A stretch of DNA of 36,047 nt, from NCBI GenBank assembly GCA_021432655.1, contig MU271643.1, forward strand, positions 1-36,047. The letters are read 5' to 3'. This stretch comes from Atractiella rhizophila (Eukaryota). Within the stretch, counting starts at the first letter, position 1. Each line of letters opens with the position of its first letter. The notes below the pieces were generated by a model, which worked only from the letters and a program-made list of their open reading frames with translations, did not search any database and was not told where the DNA came from. Below, in pieces: positions 1 through 12,058 of the stretch. The position numbers were made by a program, and so were the translations under genes.

Positions 1-2
1 CT

Positions 3-2793
3 GTCTATCAGACCTCAGGTTCAGTTCCGTACGGCTACGAACCTCCTTTGGCGCCACTTCAGAATTTCAGTCAACCTTGGAATTACCAGCCGACAACTCC
101 AGCTCTTAATCCACCTTTCTACTACACGAGCATCTCCTATCCGTTTCAACAGCAATATCATCAGAGAAAGTCGAGTCCCCACGGTGCCAACCAGAATCTC
201 ATTTCCCACGGAAAGCGACGACAATCGGCATCGAACAAACCCTCTCCAGCTCCACCTAGACAAACCATACAACGTCCTGATTCTGCTTCAACTTTATCTT
301 CCGCACCACCCAAACCAATCCCACGCTCCCGTCGTTTCCATCAACAACCCTACGGTCTAACAGAATCAACCCAAGCGAGGACCACACAGACATCAGCCGC
401 GTCCGAGCAATTTGAAGAAGAAGTTACACGTGAGGAAGTAGCCAAACCTTTTGAGGATATGAGCTCTTTGAATGGAATTCCGAGCGGGAGCGGAAGTGGA
501 AGGACTGGTTCGACGACGTCCCCTTTACGGGGATACGACCAGCTCAATGTAAGTCGATTCCTTATTTCATTCATTTCACTGGTTGTTGATGGGAGATGAA
601 GAATATTCTTATTGAGCTCGGGGACCTCAAAGTCGATCAATTGAAGCAAGCTATTCGAATGATCAACAGTAGTCCAGACTGTCATGGGCGGATGAACCTT
701 TCGGGAAGGAAGGACGAGCTGCATCATCGCATCAAGATGGCTCTCAGTAATGCGCAGACCACCAATTCTCCTCAGGCGTTCCACAGCATCGCTCAAATCA
801 TTACAGACGTTGCGAACGACCGGTGAGTTGGCTTTCATTAGTCCAATCGGTATTGAAATTGTGACGGCAAGGATACCAAATGGCAACGGTAGATCCCCCA
901 GTCTCTCCTCTCCAGCTGTCGAATACAGGCCCAACTACCATGCGCAGCCTCCCCCACCGCCAAAATTTGCTCCTCTCGCTCCCTCATCCTCTATGGCCAA
1001 ACCGTATGAGTCGAAATATAGCTCAGGTGCGGGAGCTGGAAGTTGGACAAAGAATCCTTACAACAATCTTCCGGGAACAAGTCAAGGTGTCTTCCGTCCA
1101 TCAGTTGGAGGGCTGGCGACAGTCAATGGTAAATGCATACTAGTCTCTCGTGTGGCGCTGGCTGATGGATGACTAAAGCGCAACAAAGTGGGAACCTACC
1201 TATGAATTTTCGTACTTCACCGTTCTATCGACCCATCGCAGCGGTTAGCGATATTGTCACGCTTAACAGTAAGTGCTTTTCGCTATCCATCTCAAGACTC
1301 TGACGAAGAGAGTAGAGGCGGGCCAAAACGATCGAAGAACTGTAGTAGCCAGCATTAATCTGACGGAGTGGCAACGATCGCTGCTCACTGAGTCTCGGTA
1401 GGCTGCTTTTTCTTCTTGAAGAGAACGGTTAGACTCATGTTGCATGTAGGACCAATCCAGATCCAGACAAGATCCAGCATCAATTGCGTGTATTCTGCGC
1501 GTCGGAAGATTATTATATCGTCCCTCCACCCCATCGCACCTCAAATTACACGACCCATCCTAAAGGCCTCATACCTATGGAATTCCCGGTACAGTGCGAG
1601 CTGAAGCTCAACGGGTCTATGGTCAGCGGGAATCTGAGGGGAATCAAGAAGGTCCCTGGCACAGCTGCTCCTCCAAATCTAGGGGTACCGAAGAAGGACA
1701 ATGGGGAGCCTGTTCTTGAGCTTCGACCTGGCGCTTTTAATCGCGCAGAGCTTAGCTATGCTAACATCGAAAAGGTAGCTCAAAACATTTTAGAAGCGTC
1801 GTGGTCGTTGACTTCGTTTGCAGAGACATTTCATGCAGGTTTACCTGTGCGAAGTTACGTCAGTGAAACAGCTCATGGATAAATTGAAGAAGGGGAAGTT
1901 TAGGTCGAAGGAGGAGGTACTCAAGAAAAGTGCGTTCTTCTCACTTGCAGTCTATCCTCTTCTCACCAAGTTACAGTCAAAGAAAAGGCGGCAGACGAAG
2001 ATGTAGTCATGGAGGCTTCCGAACTATCACTTAAATGCCCAGTATGGCCTTTTTCCTAATTCGCTTTCTAACCATGGCTTATGAACTGTAGGTATCGTTC
2101 GTGCGTATGACAACACCTTGTCGGTCGTGGCAGTGTAGCCATCTTCAATGCTTCGAAGCTATGAGCTTTTTGAGCATGATGGAGATGACACCGACTTGGC
2201 TCTGTCCCGTTTGTAACAAGAAGATTACCACTGAGGATCTCGCCAGAGATGGGTTCGTCCCACACCGCACATATTATTTCTTTGTTACTGACGAATAAGG
2301 TAGATATACGGAGGACATCATGGCTCAGGTCCCAGAATCGGTAGAAGCTGTTCTGGTCGAAGCGGACGGCACATGGCGCTCGACAGACAACACCTATGGG
2401 AACGCAAAGGATGTTGGCAAGCCAAAAGAGCCATCGGAGCGTCCAGCTCCTCAAAAGAGAGATTCTACGTCTTCCCTCCGACTGTCTGCACCCGAATCCC
2501 AGAAACCAAAAAGCGACGTAATCATCATGGATGATTCGGACGAGGACGGCGTCTCATATGGCGGATCCAACAACCCCTCCTCAAGTAGAACAGATATCAC
2601 TGCTCCTTCTTCAACCCATAATGGTCTCAGCCTGCCGAGTACAACCCCTGCAGTGATCGACCTTACCCTGTCAGAGGATGACGAACCAGTTGTTCCCCCT
2701 CCTCGACCTAGCAAGCGTAGAGCGCCTGACGATTGGGATGATGATCGTGGGAATGTCCGGCCTAGAATAAGCGAGAGGACGGTGTGGAATTGA
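3..2793 (+). CDS. SIZ1: Siz/PIAS-family SUMO E3 ligase (SAP, PINIT, SP-RING/zf-MIZ, SIM), multi-exon; the 5' end may lie outside the window
   Basis: Spliced translation (introns 549-595, 823-871, 1129-1178 and further ones) gives a SAP-like helix (LKVDQLKQAIRMIN), the PINIT start (FRTSPFYRPI), an SP-RING (LSLKCP/VSFVRMTTPCRSWQCSHLQCFEA...WLCPVCNK) and acidic SIMs (VIIMDDSDED, VIDLTLSEDDE). Stop at 2791-2793. The frame is open from position 3; the first in-window ATG is at 459. Confidence 0.9.
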
Positions 2794-3027
2794 GAATGTA
2801 GGGATCTATGGTTGTTCTATTCGCCTTTCGTGATCATTTCCGTCTGTTTTCCACTGATTTTTCCTTCAAAGCATGTTCTAGCAATGCATACATCGTAAAC
2901 AGTTTATACTCTATTGCCACAGTACGAAGGAAGCAGAACGATGATGAAGTCAGATTTTATTGTGACTGATACGAATATCTGACCCATAAAGCTCGATCAA
3001 AAGGGAAAGCCTGGGGCAAGTCTCTCG

Positions 3028-3038
3028 CCCCCCCCCCC
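3028..3038. repeat. C11 homopolymer in the intergenic region upstream of the ADP/ATP carrier gene
   Basis: Eleven consecutive C, followed by GGCCCCAAT. Confidence 0.8.
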
Positions 3039-3381
3039 GGCCCCAATCCTTCCGGTTCTCGTCCGTAAAAGTACCAATGTCTCTCACCTCCCGATGCAAG
3101 ATGGCAGAATGAAATGTGAATATGTCGACGTGGCATGTGAGAAGCCCGGTATCCTCCGGGACGGCTGACAAGGTTCCGAGACGGCCAGGCCTTCAAAACC
3201 GCGTGCAGAAATTTTCTTTTCTCCAAAAAACGACCACACCGTCACCTCTCAATTTCTTATTTGGGTCTATCCCTAGGTCAGTCTCTCCATAAAAGGGTCC
3301 TACCCTCCAGAAAAGTTTCTCACAACTTTCTCCAATCTTTTCACACAGGTTCAACCTCTCGGTCAATTTTATTTCGTCATA

Positions 3382-4788
3382 ATGTCTTCGAAAAAAGGAA
3401 AAACTCCAGCGGAGTTCTTCAGTACGCTGTTTCTTCTCATAGTCTTGGGGCGAGGTCGTTGATTACTCCTGTGCTCGTTTTTTTCGCTCGCTTGAACAGC
3501 CGACTTCATGATGGGTGGAGTGTCGGCTGCTGTTGCTAAGACTGCCGCTGCCCCTATCGAGAGGATCAAGCGTGAGTCCAAGTCTTTTCTGTCCAGAAGT
3601 CGAAATACTGATATACATTCAAACAGTTTTGGTTCAGAACCAAGGTATTTATGGGGTTCATTTTCGTCGTGGAGCCTTCTCCTAAAAGCTTTCATCTACT
3701 AGGTGAAATGATCAAGGCTGGCCGTCTTGATACCCCTTACAAAGGTATCATCGACTGCGCTCGCAGGACTTACGCCTCTGAGGGTCTCGTTGCCTGTGGG
3801 TGAATCTCCCTTCCCTGTTGGTCTGCGTTGACGTAGAACGACAGTCTGGCGAGGAAACACCGCCAACGTCATCCGTTACTTCCCTACCCAGGCTCTTAAC
3901 TTCGCCTTCAAGGATTACTACAAGTCCCTCTTCAACTACAAGAAGGATAAAGACGGTTACGCTCTCTGGATCACTGGTAACGTCGCTTCCGGTGGTGCCG
4001 CCGGAGCTACTTCTCTCCTTTTCGTCTACTCCTTGGACTATGCGAGGACGAGGTTGGCCAACGACAACAAGAGCGCCAAGAAGGGTGGCGAGAGGCAGTT
4101 CACCGGTCTCGTTGATGTCTACAGGAAGACCCTTGCTTCCGATGGTATCGCTGGTCTTTACAGAGGTTTCGTTCCCTCAGTTGTCGGTATCATCGGTGGG
4201 TTCCCTGAATTTCTTTCCAGCAAATAAGTGTTATGTTGCTCACCTGATCCCCAGTCTACCGAGGTGCCTACTTCGGAGCCTATGACTCTCTTAAGCCCAT
4301 CGTCCTTGTCGGTTCCCTCCAAGGCAGCTTCGGTGCCTCCTTCGCTCTCGGATGGGGAGTTACCACTGCTGCTGGTATCATCTCTTACCCCTTGGATACT
4401 ATCCGAAGGAGAATGATGATGACGTCTGGTGGAGGTGTTCACTACAAGTCCGTTTCCCCCGTGGTCCCATTGTTCCTGGAGGCTGATGGAGTATGTGACA
4501 GGAACATGTTGGATTGCGGTATCCAAGTCGTCAAGGCTGAAGGTGTTGGATCGCTCTTCAAGGGAGCAGGTGCCAATATCCTTCGTGGTGTTGCTGGAGC
4601 CGGAGTGTTGTCCATGTATGACAAACTACAGTGCGTATCCTTACTGCATGTTCTAGACTTTCTCTGATGACAACTCGATTATTTAGGGAAATCATGTTCG
4701 GAAAGGTTTACTCCGGGTACGCATTCTTTCTTTCTGACTAAAGAATAAGGACTCATTGTCGTCGTGATGTTGCAGTGGATCCGGCTAA
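3382..4788 (+). CDS. AAC: Mitochondrial ADP/ATP carrier (adenine nucleotide translocator), multi-exon
   Basis: ATG at 3382. Spliced product has [66 protein letters not shown] and the ANT signature [12 protein letters not shown], and ends KVYSGGSG* at 4788. Includes an 18-nt micro-exon (3627-3644). Confidence 0.97.
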
Positions 4789-5288
4789 ATTCTCGTCTCG
4801 TCCACCTTTGACTGTTAACGACATGCAGTCCGACCACTGACCTTCCTTACGCATCGTTCCCTTCTTCGTGAACGCGACGTCCTGTGCCTCTGGATCCTGA
4901 TCGATTTTTTACTAGCCCCAAAAGTAATTGTCTATTATTCTGTTTCGTTCCTGCGTAGATTTGCATTGGAGTAATGGAGTTATAGACACTACACATAATC
5001 TTAGCCTAGTGCAAGAACCTATAAGTAGCGGAAGGCAGCAAATTGCGTTGTCACAATTCAGGCGAATCACATAGTCATGTGACCGCCATCCTGAAGAGTT
5101 GCTTCATACCAAAACTTTTGTACAGTCTTCATTGTAAAATCTCAAGCTTCCCAAGCCTCCCTCATCAATGCATTAGTGTTGATCATCTCAGTCTGATCCC
5201 CTAAGACGCGGTAAAACCCAGTGCAGAACCTGATCACTCGGGATCGTCAATATTGAGAGTAACAACCACCAACTATCATCTAAACCAA

Positions 5289-6204
5289 ATGTCGGACAGT
5301 GGAAGTGAAGGACCAGTTCCTGAGACAGCAACTGAGAAAGCAGCGCGAGAGAAAGAGGCCGCTGAACAAGCAGGTTCGTATCCATCTTGATTGCTTCAGG
5401 TTTCTATTGACGAGTCTCCTTTGTTGGGTTTAGCTCTTCCATACCGCTGGACACAAACTTTAGACGATGTCAACGTTTCTGTACCGGTGCCTCCTGGGAC
5501 TAGGTCGAAGATGTTGGCGGTGACGATCGGGAAGAAGAAGCTGAGCGTTGGGTTGAAGGGAAAGGAACAGGTGATGGGTGGAGAATTGTATGCGGATGTG
5601 AAACTGGATGATAGCACTTGGCATATCGGTACGGCCCCTCTTCAGCTACAAATCCGGTGAGGCGACTAATGGATGTATGAAGAGGACGAGAAATTGGTCG
5701 TCATCACGCTTGAGAAGGTGAAAAAACAAACTTGGTGGCCACACGTCTTGACGCACGATCCTAAAATGTACACTTTCTTGCTACGTCCATTTCACTGCTG
5801 TAAACTGAGCTAGGATGACTTTCTAGTGACACGACGAAGATTGTGCCCGAGAATTCGAAGCTCGGAGATCTCGATGGTGAGACGAGAGGGATGGTGGAGA
5901 AGATGATGGTTCGTTTGTCGATTTCTTCTTCAGACTCATATCGCTGATGTGGATTATCTTTAACAAACGCAGTACGATAATGCGCAAAAGGCAGGCTCCA
6001 CTTTATTCAATAAACCGTCATCTGAATTTGTTGTTTGTAGCAAATGGGGAAACCGACATCTGATGAGCAAAAGAAGCTTGACATGCTCAAGAAATTCCAA
6101 GAGGCTAACCCTCAGCTGGACTTCTCCAACGTGCGTCACTTATCTTCCGTTATGAGCTGACCTGTAATCTCTGTTGCGAATGAGAATAGGCAAAAATCAA
6201 TTGA
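5289..6204 (+). CDS. nudC: NudC-family nuclear movement protein / Hsp90 co-chaperone (CS/p23 domain plus NudC C-terminus)
   Basis: ATG at 5289. Contains [78 protein letters not shown] and [16 protein letters not shown]. Requires micro-exon 5973-5990 and a GC-AG intron at 5991-6040. Confidence 0.95.
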
Positions 6205-6547
6205 GCGTTCCCTACCACCTTTTAGACGCTTTTACTGGAAAAATCAATCAAATGAATGTAGCATCATCATCGCAATCGTGCCTGGTATAGCGTTCCTGAG
6301 TGGAGCCTTTGAATAGCTTGAATACTCGAGGTCGGAGGACATGATTTGTTGCAATCTTGATCCACCAGCACCAGCACGTCGATCGGAGGCAATAGCAGAG
6401 CAAAGGAGCAGGCAACCATTGCCCAAGATTCGCACTTTATTTACTGGAAGTTCCCTGAGGTCACGTCCATAGGAAAAAGCTATCAACATTGAGATGACTG
6501 TAACCAAACAACTCATAACCATACACGATACATCGAGACGGCATCAT

Positions 6548-7195
6548 TCAATAGCTGTCTCCCTCACCACCCTCGCTTGAGAAACCACAACGCTCATAAA
6601 GAGTCTTTTCCTTTTCTTTCCTCTGCTCAGCCAACGCTCGCTGTTCGGTAGAATGTATCGATTGGAGCTTCTTGTAATCTTTCTCTTCCACTTTTGTCAG
6701 CGTCGACAAACACGGATCCTCGTTATCCAAATCCTGTGTCCGTGGATGAGGATGTACAGTAAGGTTTCAAGGACGAAGGAAACTTGCAATCTCGCCTAAG
6801 AGGACTACGTTCTCCCCTCGCACTAAATAGACCCCTCGGTGGACTTCACCGTAATATCGACCGTGGTGGATCCTTTCTAAGGTATCCTGCAGGACGAGGT
6901 TTGCTTTTCATCCATCCCAAAGCATTTCAAAAACCCATTCTTGACGTAAAGAATGAGTAGAGCGTACCATATTGATCGTAGCTCCTCAGCACGCCAATAA
7001 GCTTCCTGCCGTCCCTTAGAAGTACAATTATTTTCTCTTTTCGGTTCAGAAGCGATTTTAAGGAGCAAAAGCTAGTTCTCAGGTTACAACATCCTCTTTT
7101 TACGAGGAGGAGAACTCACTATCTACACTGTCGACGAGCGCGCCGGAAGTTGTGAATGGCGCGTTAGCGAGAGGATCCTGGTTCACGGATTGCAT
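6548..7195 (-). CDS. LSM1: Sm-like protein Lsm1 (cytoplasmic Lsm1-7 decapping activator), 4 exons
   Basis: ATG at 7195. Spliced: MQSVNQDPLANAPFTTSGALVDSVDKKIIVLLRDGRKLIGVLRSYDQYANLVLQDTLERIHHGRYYGEVHRGVYLVRGENVVLLGEIDLDNED...GFSSEGGEGDSY*. Sm1 and Sm2 motifs plus the Lsm1-type C-terminal helix. The last intron (6734-6787) is GC-AG. Confidence 0.95.
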
Positions 7196-7542
7196 TCTGA
7201 TGCTGCACTAGGCCGCCCAGGGTTGTTAACGTTGATCAAGTTAGCTTGATTCTCTTGTGTTAGTGTGTTAGTTGTCAGAGGTTGAAAGTGTTGTGAAACT
7301 CGGAATTGAGCGGAAGTGCCACTAATCCAGGAAGGACAGCATCACGACCATCATCCTGCATCCTGACTTCCTCCCCAACAGAGGCCATCCCAGCCTGGCC
7401 GTGGCATAGTTTTGCCAGTATCCCTACCTTACAGACATATACTTTACACTACCAACGGTCTTTCCTCGTTTCAAGCCAGCGTCGAGCACAAACGTTCACA
7501 CGCTAATTTACTGTACCAGAGGTACCCTCATCCATTCGTGTT

Positions 7543-10500
7543 ATGTCACAGGCAAGGTCTGCGACTATGACCGCTAACCAAGACGTCAACAGAGGGGTGG
7601 TGGGTCTGGGAATACATTTCGGAAAGGAAAAAGGGGGCGAGAAGAAAGATTCAGCCAAGGGAAAAGATGGTCATTGCGTCGGTATGTTCTCTTCCTTCCT
7701 GTGATTTGTGATTGGATGTGAACTCTTTCTTTTCTTTTCCTTTCCTCTAAAAATACCTATGTACCTTTTTTCGTTGGGCATAAGGCAGACGCGATTTCGG
7801 TTAGCTTTCTATTGTTGTGCAGTGGACATCCGATTATTGTGGCGGTCATTTTCAGCCTCACAAAGACCGTGTTCCCAGGTATTGATTAATGACTTGAGAA
7901 TCTCGCGGGCTTCTCACTCTGATTGACGAAGAGGTGTTCCGTCTGCCAACACATTGTGTCAAACCGTGCAAGGCGTAGAGAACGTCTCGGCACTTCCCGC
8001 TATGGTCCGAATATCTATGTTCGGGTTAAGATGCCTAACAACCCTGCGTTTGGATAAGATGCTCACCTTCTAATTTTTGCTTCAAAACGTTGGGAGCGGA
8101 GTCGCGGAGCTATCACCATTAGGGATCTACGGCCTTGCACAAGCTGAGACACTACCAGATAGACCATATAACAGATATCAAGTTGGCAGACACTGATCAC
8201 CTTCCCTCTTGAATTTGCAGTGACAGCAGACTTGATGTCGACCTCAACATCAGTATCAGTACCACAATCGTTGAAACCAGCCTCCGCGGCATCGTCACCA
8301 ACGAAATACATGAACGCAAGCGTATCTGTGCCAGTGCCAACATCAGTGCCGGTCACAAATATTTACAACGACAATATCATTCCAACGCCTATTCTTTCAC
8401 CTTCCACACTCCTCACTCCACGACCTTCAAGACGGAATCTGAAAGAACTTGAGGCTACAACGGTCGTCATATCGGATTCACCCTCTCCACCGCCTTCTCC
8501 TGGCCCGTCGTCATCGGTGTTACCGGTGACGGAGAACAAGCACTCTTACCCCACTCCGACACCATCACGACCCAATTCTCTGCCAGTACCTGGTATGGTT
8601 GGAGTTCCACTTCCTCCATCGCCAACACGGGCAGTCAGTCTTATGATCACAGACGATGACGACCGTACATCCCTCCAACCTCCTCCATCTCCCTCATTTT
8701 GGCAATCGGCGTCCCCAAAACGGCTTCGATATCCCTCTCCTCCATCATCCGTCCCTCCGTCTCCCGAAATTTTACCAGCGTCTCCGTATGTCAACACCTC
8801 ATTTTTTCAGCTCGCCTCCTCATCTGGCACTTCACCCCTCCCTTCGCCGGTAACGACGAGCACCCCCTCAGTCACGTCTCGATTTTTCGAACCTCGTCTT
8901 ACAACCTCTCCAGTCCTTTCCCGTTCTGCGTCACCCACACCGATATCGACCCTCCCCGCCTCTCGACCCATGCTTTGGGCCGGTGGGAGTTCGAGTTCTG
9001 CTGTCTCCCATGCAATGGGGGCGACAGCGCGACGGAAGGGAAAAGGGAAAGAGAGAGTGCTCGACCACACAAGGAATTTGAGTTTGACGACAGTCATGGC
9101 TCGCAGTGAGAGCTGGGGCACTTATGGACGATATAAGAATCGCAAGAGGTGGAAGTTGGGACTCCGGTTGTTGATGCTCATCGGATTCGGAAGCTTCGTC
9201 ATTCTTTGCTTCTCAATCTTTGGACGACGGACGGAACAGGGATGGGATAAGCGCCATTGGTTCTCAATCGCTAGTTCGGGATCGTCGGCGGGCTCTGAAG
9301 GGTGGTGGTTTGCTTTTGGTTTGTTGGGAAGCGGTTTGAAGGCGAAGAAGGATCAATTTCAATTCGCTGATGTGGGACGAGAAGAGTTCAAGCATGGACA
9401 TCTGCTCAACAATTCAGGGTTGGAGAGTCCTCAGCGCGATACCCTCGTCGTCTATAGGATCCTTGGCAACGACCTTCCACCGCGTCACATGCCAGGTCAG
9501 ACTCTCCGCAACCTTCGATTTTTGTTGGAGGAAGAGAAGAACTGGTCGTTTGGACCGGAACTGTTTAGGGAGCGGAAGGATGACATTTCTCAGTATGCGC
9601 CGATCCGAAGAGTCGAAAAGTATTACGTCCTCAATAGGATCTCTTCGACTGCTGCTCGAGACGAAATCATGGCTTTACTTCATCGGCATGGTGTGACAGA
9701 GAGCCATATTATTGAGATTAAGTTTGATTGGGAGGAGTATGGGAGGCTGGGTTTAAACTGGGGCGGTGGTGTGGCTGAGGAGGGCAGTCGGATTTGGGGG
9801 ATCGGTAAAGCGGGGAGCAAGCACAGAGGGAATGAGAGCGATATGGAGGAGTTATTGGGAAACAAGAAGTGGAGGGAAGGGATGGAGAGACTGAAGGCTT
9901 TGGATTTCACGTACGAGAAGAAGAATATTTACGCCATCAACAACGTATGCTCTACACTCTCCTTTGCTCATTTCCGGCTGACCCGTGACGTAGAATGGTG
10001 GTCGCAATGTCGCTCTGAATCACGGTCGTTCCCTTTCGCACGCCCGTTGGATCCTTCCTCTCGATGGCAACTGCTTCTTCACTCCAGCTGCCATGTATTC
10101 TCTCGTGCGATCGCTCGCAGCGAAAGGAGAAGGCCGCCTAAAGAAGAAGTACACCATTATCCCCATGTCTCGCCTCACGGACAACGGTGAGGTTGTGGCC
10201 AACAACACCGTCGAGCTCCCTCACCTTCTTTCTTACGGCGAACGAACAAATACCGATCTGAACGAGGTCCTCCAACTTGTGGCCCCAGCGACTCCAGAAG
10301 AACCACAAATCGGTTTCCGTTATGATTCTGATCAGTCGTACGAGGAGTCTATGCGATATGGCCACCGCAGTAAGCTTGAGTTGCTGTGGCGATTGGGTGC
10401 CATTCCTTACAATCGTGGTCTCGACAAACGAATCGCTCCATGGGAGGTCAACGACAAGAAGCATTTAACTGCAGACACGTGGGGATCGATCAAGCCAGAC

Positions 10501-11778
10501 AAGAAGATGCATCCTGAAGATACAGACGCATGGGTCCAAGGTGGTTGGGTATTTCGTCTCTTCAGCGGAAGTCGAGAGCAAGAGCTGCATTCCACAGAAG
10601 CGAACGTCCTTCGGAACATTAACCGAATGAAAGCTATTGCCGGATTTCTTGAACGACTAGACGAGCAGTTGGCAAAGGGTAGAACGCATAAGGGAGAGAT
10701 CGACGAAGACGACTGCGGCTTCAGCAAAGATCATTTGTGGAGCTGGGACGAGGTATCCGTCTTGGGATTCAAGCGCAGAATTAACGAGTCCGCGCGCCGC
10801 TTTGAACGGAACGTCCTCGTCAAGATTGCAGCTGAAGTTGCTCATGCTTGCCGTCTACTACTTCAAGAACACCAACACGCAGAACTTCTGTCTACAGATC
10901 CTAAAGAAGTCTCGATGAAAGCGACGATCCTCGCGCTCTCCGGCTTCCTGTTGGAAGATTCATCCTTAACATCCCTTAGTGCTGAATTGATAACCGCACG
11001 ATTCCTGCCCGCTCACATCGTCCCTTACTTCTCGCAGACACGATACCTGCCGCATAAACGGCCAGAGCGTAACTTTACCGAAACCCTCAGTTCCTTGTCA
11101 GAAGAAGAAAGCGGCTATGCCTTCCTGGAACCAACATGGGAACCAGAGCACACGGACTGCTGGGCTCTTCACAAACCAGTCACAGCTAACAACGGCGAAT
11201 ACAAGGCCAAGTTTGCTTTTGATCCCCTTGAATTTGACCCTACTCTTCTCCTCGATGCCGTGCGACTTGTATCACCGCCGTTTGCTGATGCTGCCTATTC
11301 GTCGAGTTTGCCGCGACCTGTCTTCCGAAACATGATCGAGGCTCACCTTTCGTTTCTCTTGTTTGACGAGACTGCTGTCCGGATATCTCGCTATCCTCCG
11401 GACGTGGATTCCAGTCTGCGCTACGACTGCAAAGTTGCTGCTCTGGCGGCTTGGACGGGAAACGCAATTCTTTTAAACCGAAGTAAGTGTCTTATGTTCT
11501 TGGCCCCTGGAGCACAAGCTCATCATTTTGTCATAGTCGTGAATCGAGCACGGCTTCGCTTCGATTACCCGCCTGACTTCCTATCCGATCCTACCTACTT
11601 TCAGACCCATAAAAAAATCCTCAGTGGCTTGAAGAATGTCAAGTTTCATCCTTTCGCTCACATCGATGACTACGAAGAAGACTTCGGAGCCATCGACTTG
11701 GATGGTCAATGGGAGACTATTCCTTCTTTCCCAGATGAGCATCTTGCCACTGACTTTTGGGATGAACTCCTTCGCTAA
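7543..11778 (+). CDS. Large type II membrane protein: Pro/Ser-rich N-terminus, one TM helix, GT-A-like domain, degenerate alginate-lyase-like helical C-terminal domain
   Basis: Exon 7543-7681 splices in frame to 8221 (539-nt intron 7682-8220; alternative start ATG 8235). Intron 9945-9993 joins the two long ORFs; a probable in-frame 54-nt intron lies at 11483-11536. TM segment LLMLIGFGSFVILCFSIF follows a basic stretch. Conserved-looking blocks: DTLVVYRILGNDLPPRH, YAINNNGGRNVAL..GR...RWILPLDGNCFFT, EEPQIGFR, YGHRSKLELLWRLG, GWVFRLFSG, LLDAVRLV, YDCKVAALAAW. Gene existence is firm; function is inferred. Confidence 0.8.
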
Positions 11779-12058
11779 TTTGATTTCTTGCTGACTGCCT
11801 AGACTTATCTTGAAGGGACAATAGATTTATCCGTTTTACTCACACAGCTGGCCACTATTGTTCTGTATACATCCGTTTTCTTCTTGAGGGTCGGTCATTA
11901 AACTGCAATTGCTTTGTCCTTTCGTTTCAGTCCCAACCCCATCATTGTCCTAGTGCAGCACGCCTTCATTCTTTCAAAGCACTGTCACAAACAGCAAGTA
12001 TTGTGTATATATGGCGAATTACTAGTTAATAATTCCAATCACATGGATATGGCGTTCT

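Noticed and set aside
350..934. 194-aa minus-strand ORF and other antisense or alternate-frame ORFs over SIZ1, AAC, ADP1 and the Ser-rich gene
   Set aside because: They are shadows of well-supported spliced genes.
2941..2981. ATGATGA...CTGA box C/D-like pair
   Set aside because: Only about 40 nt long, too short for a snoRNA.
6244..6522. 92-aa minus-strand ORF between nudC and lsm1
   Set aside because: It lies in the convergent 3' UTR region with no motif or splice support.
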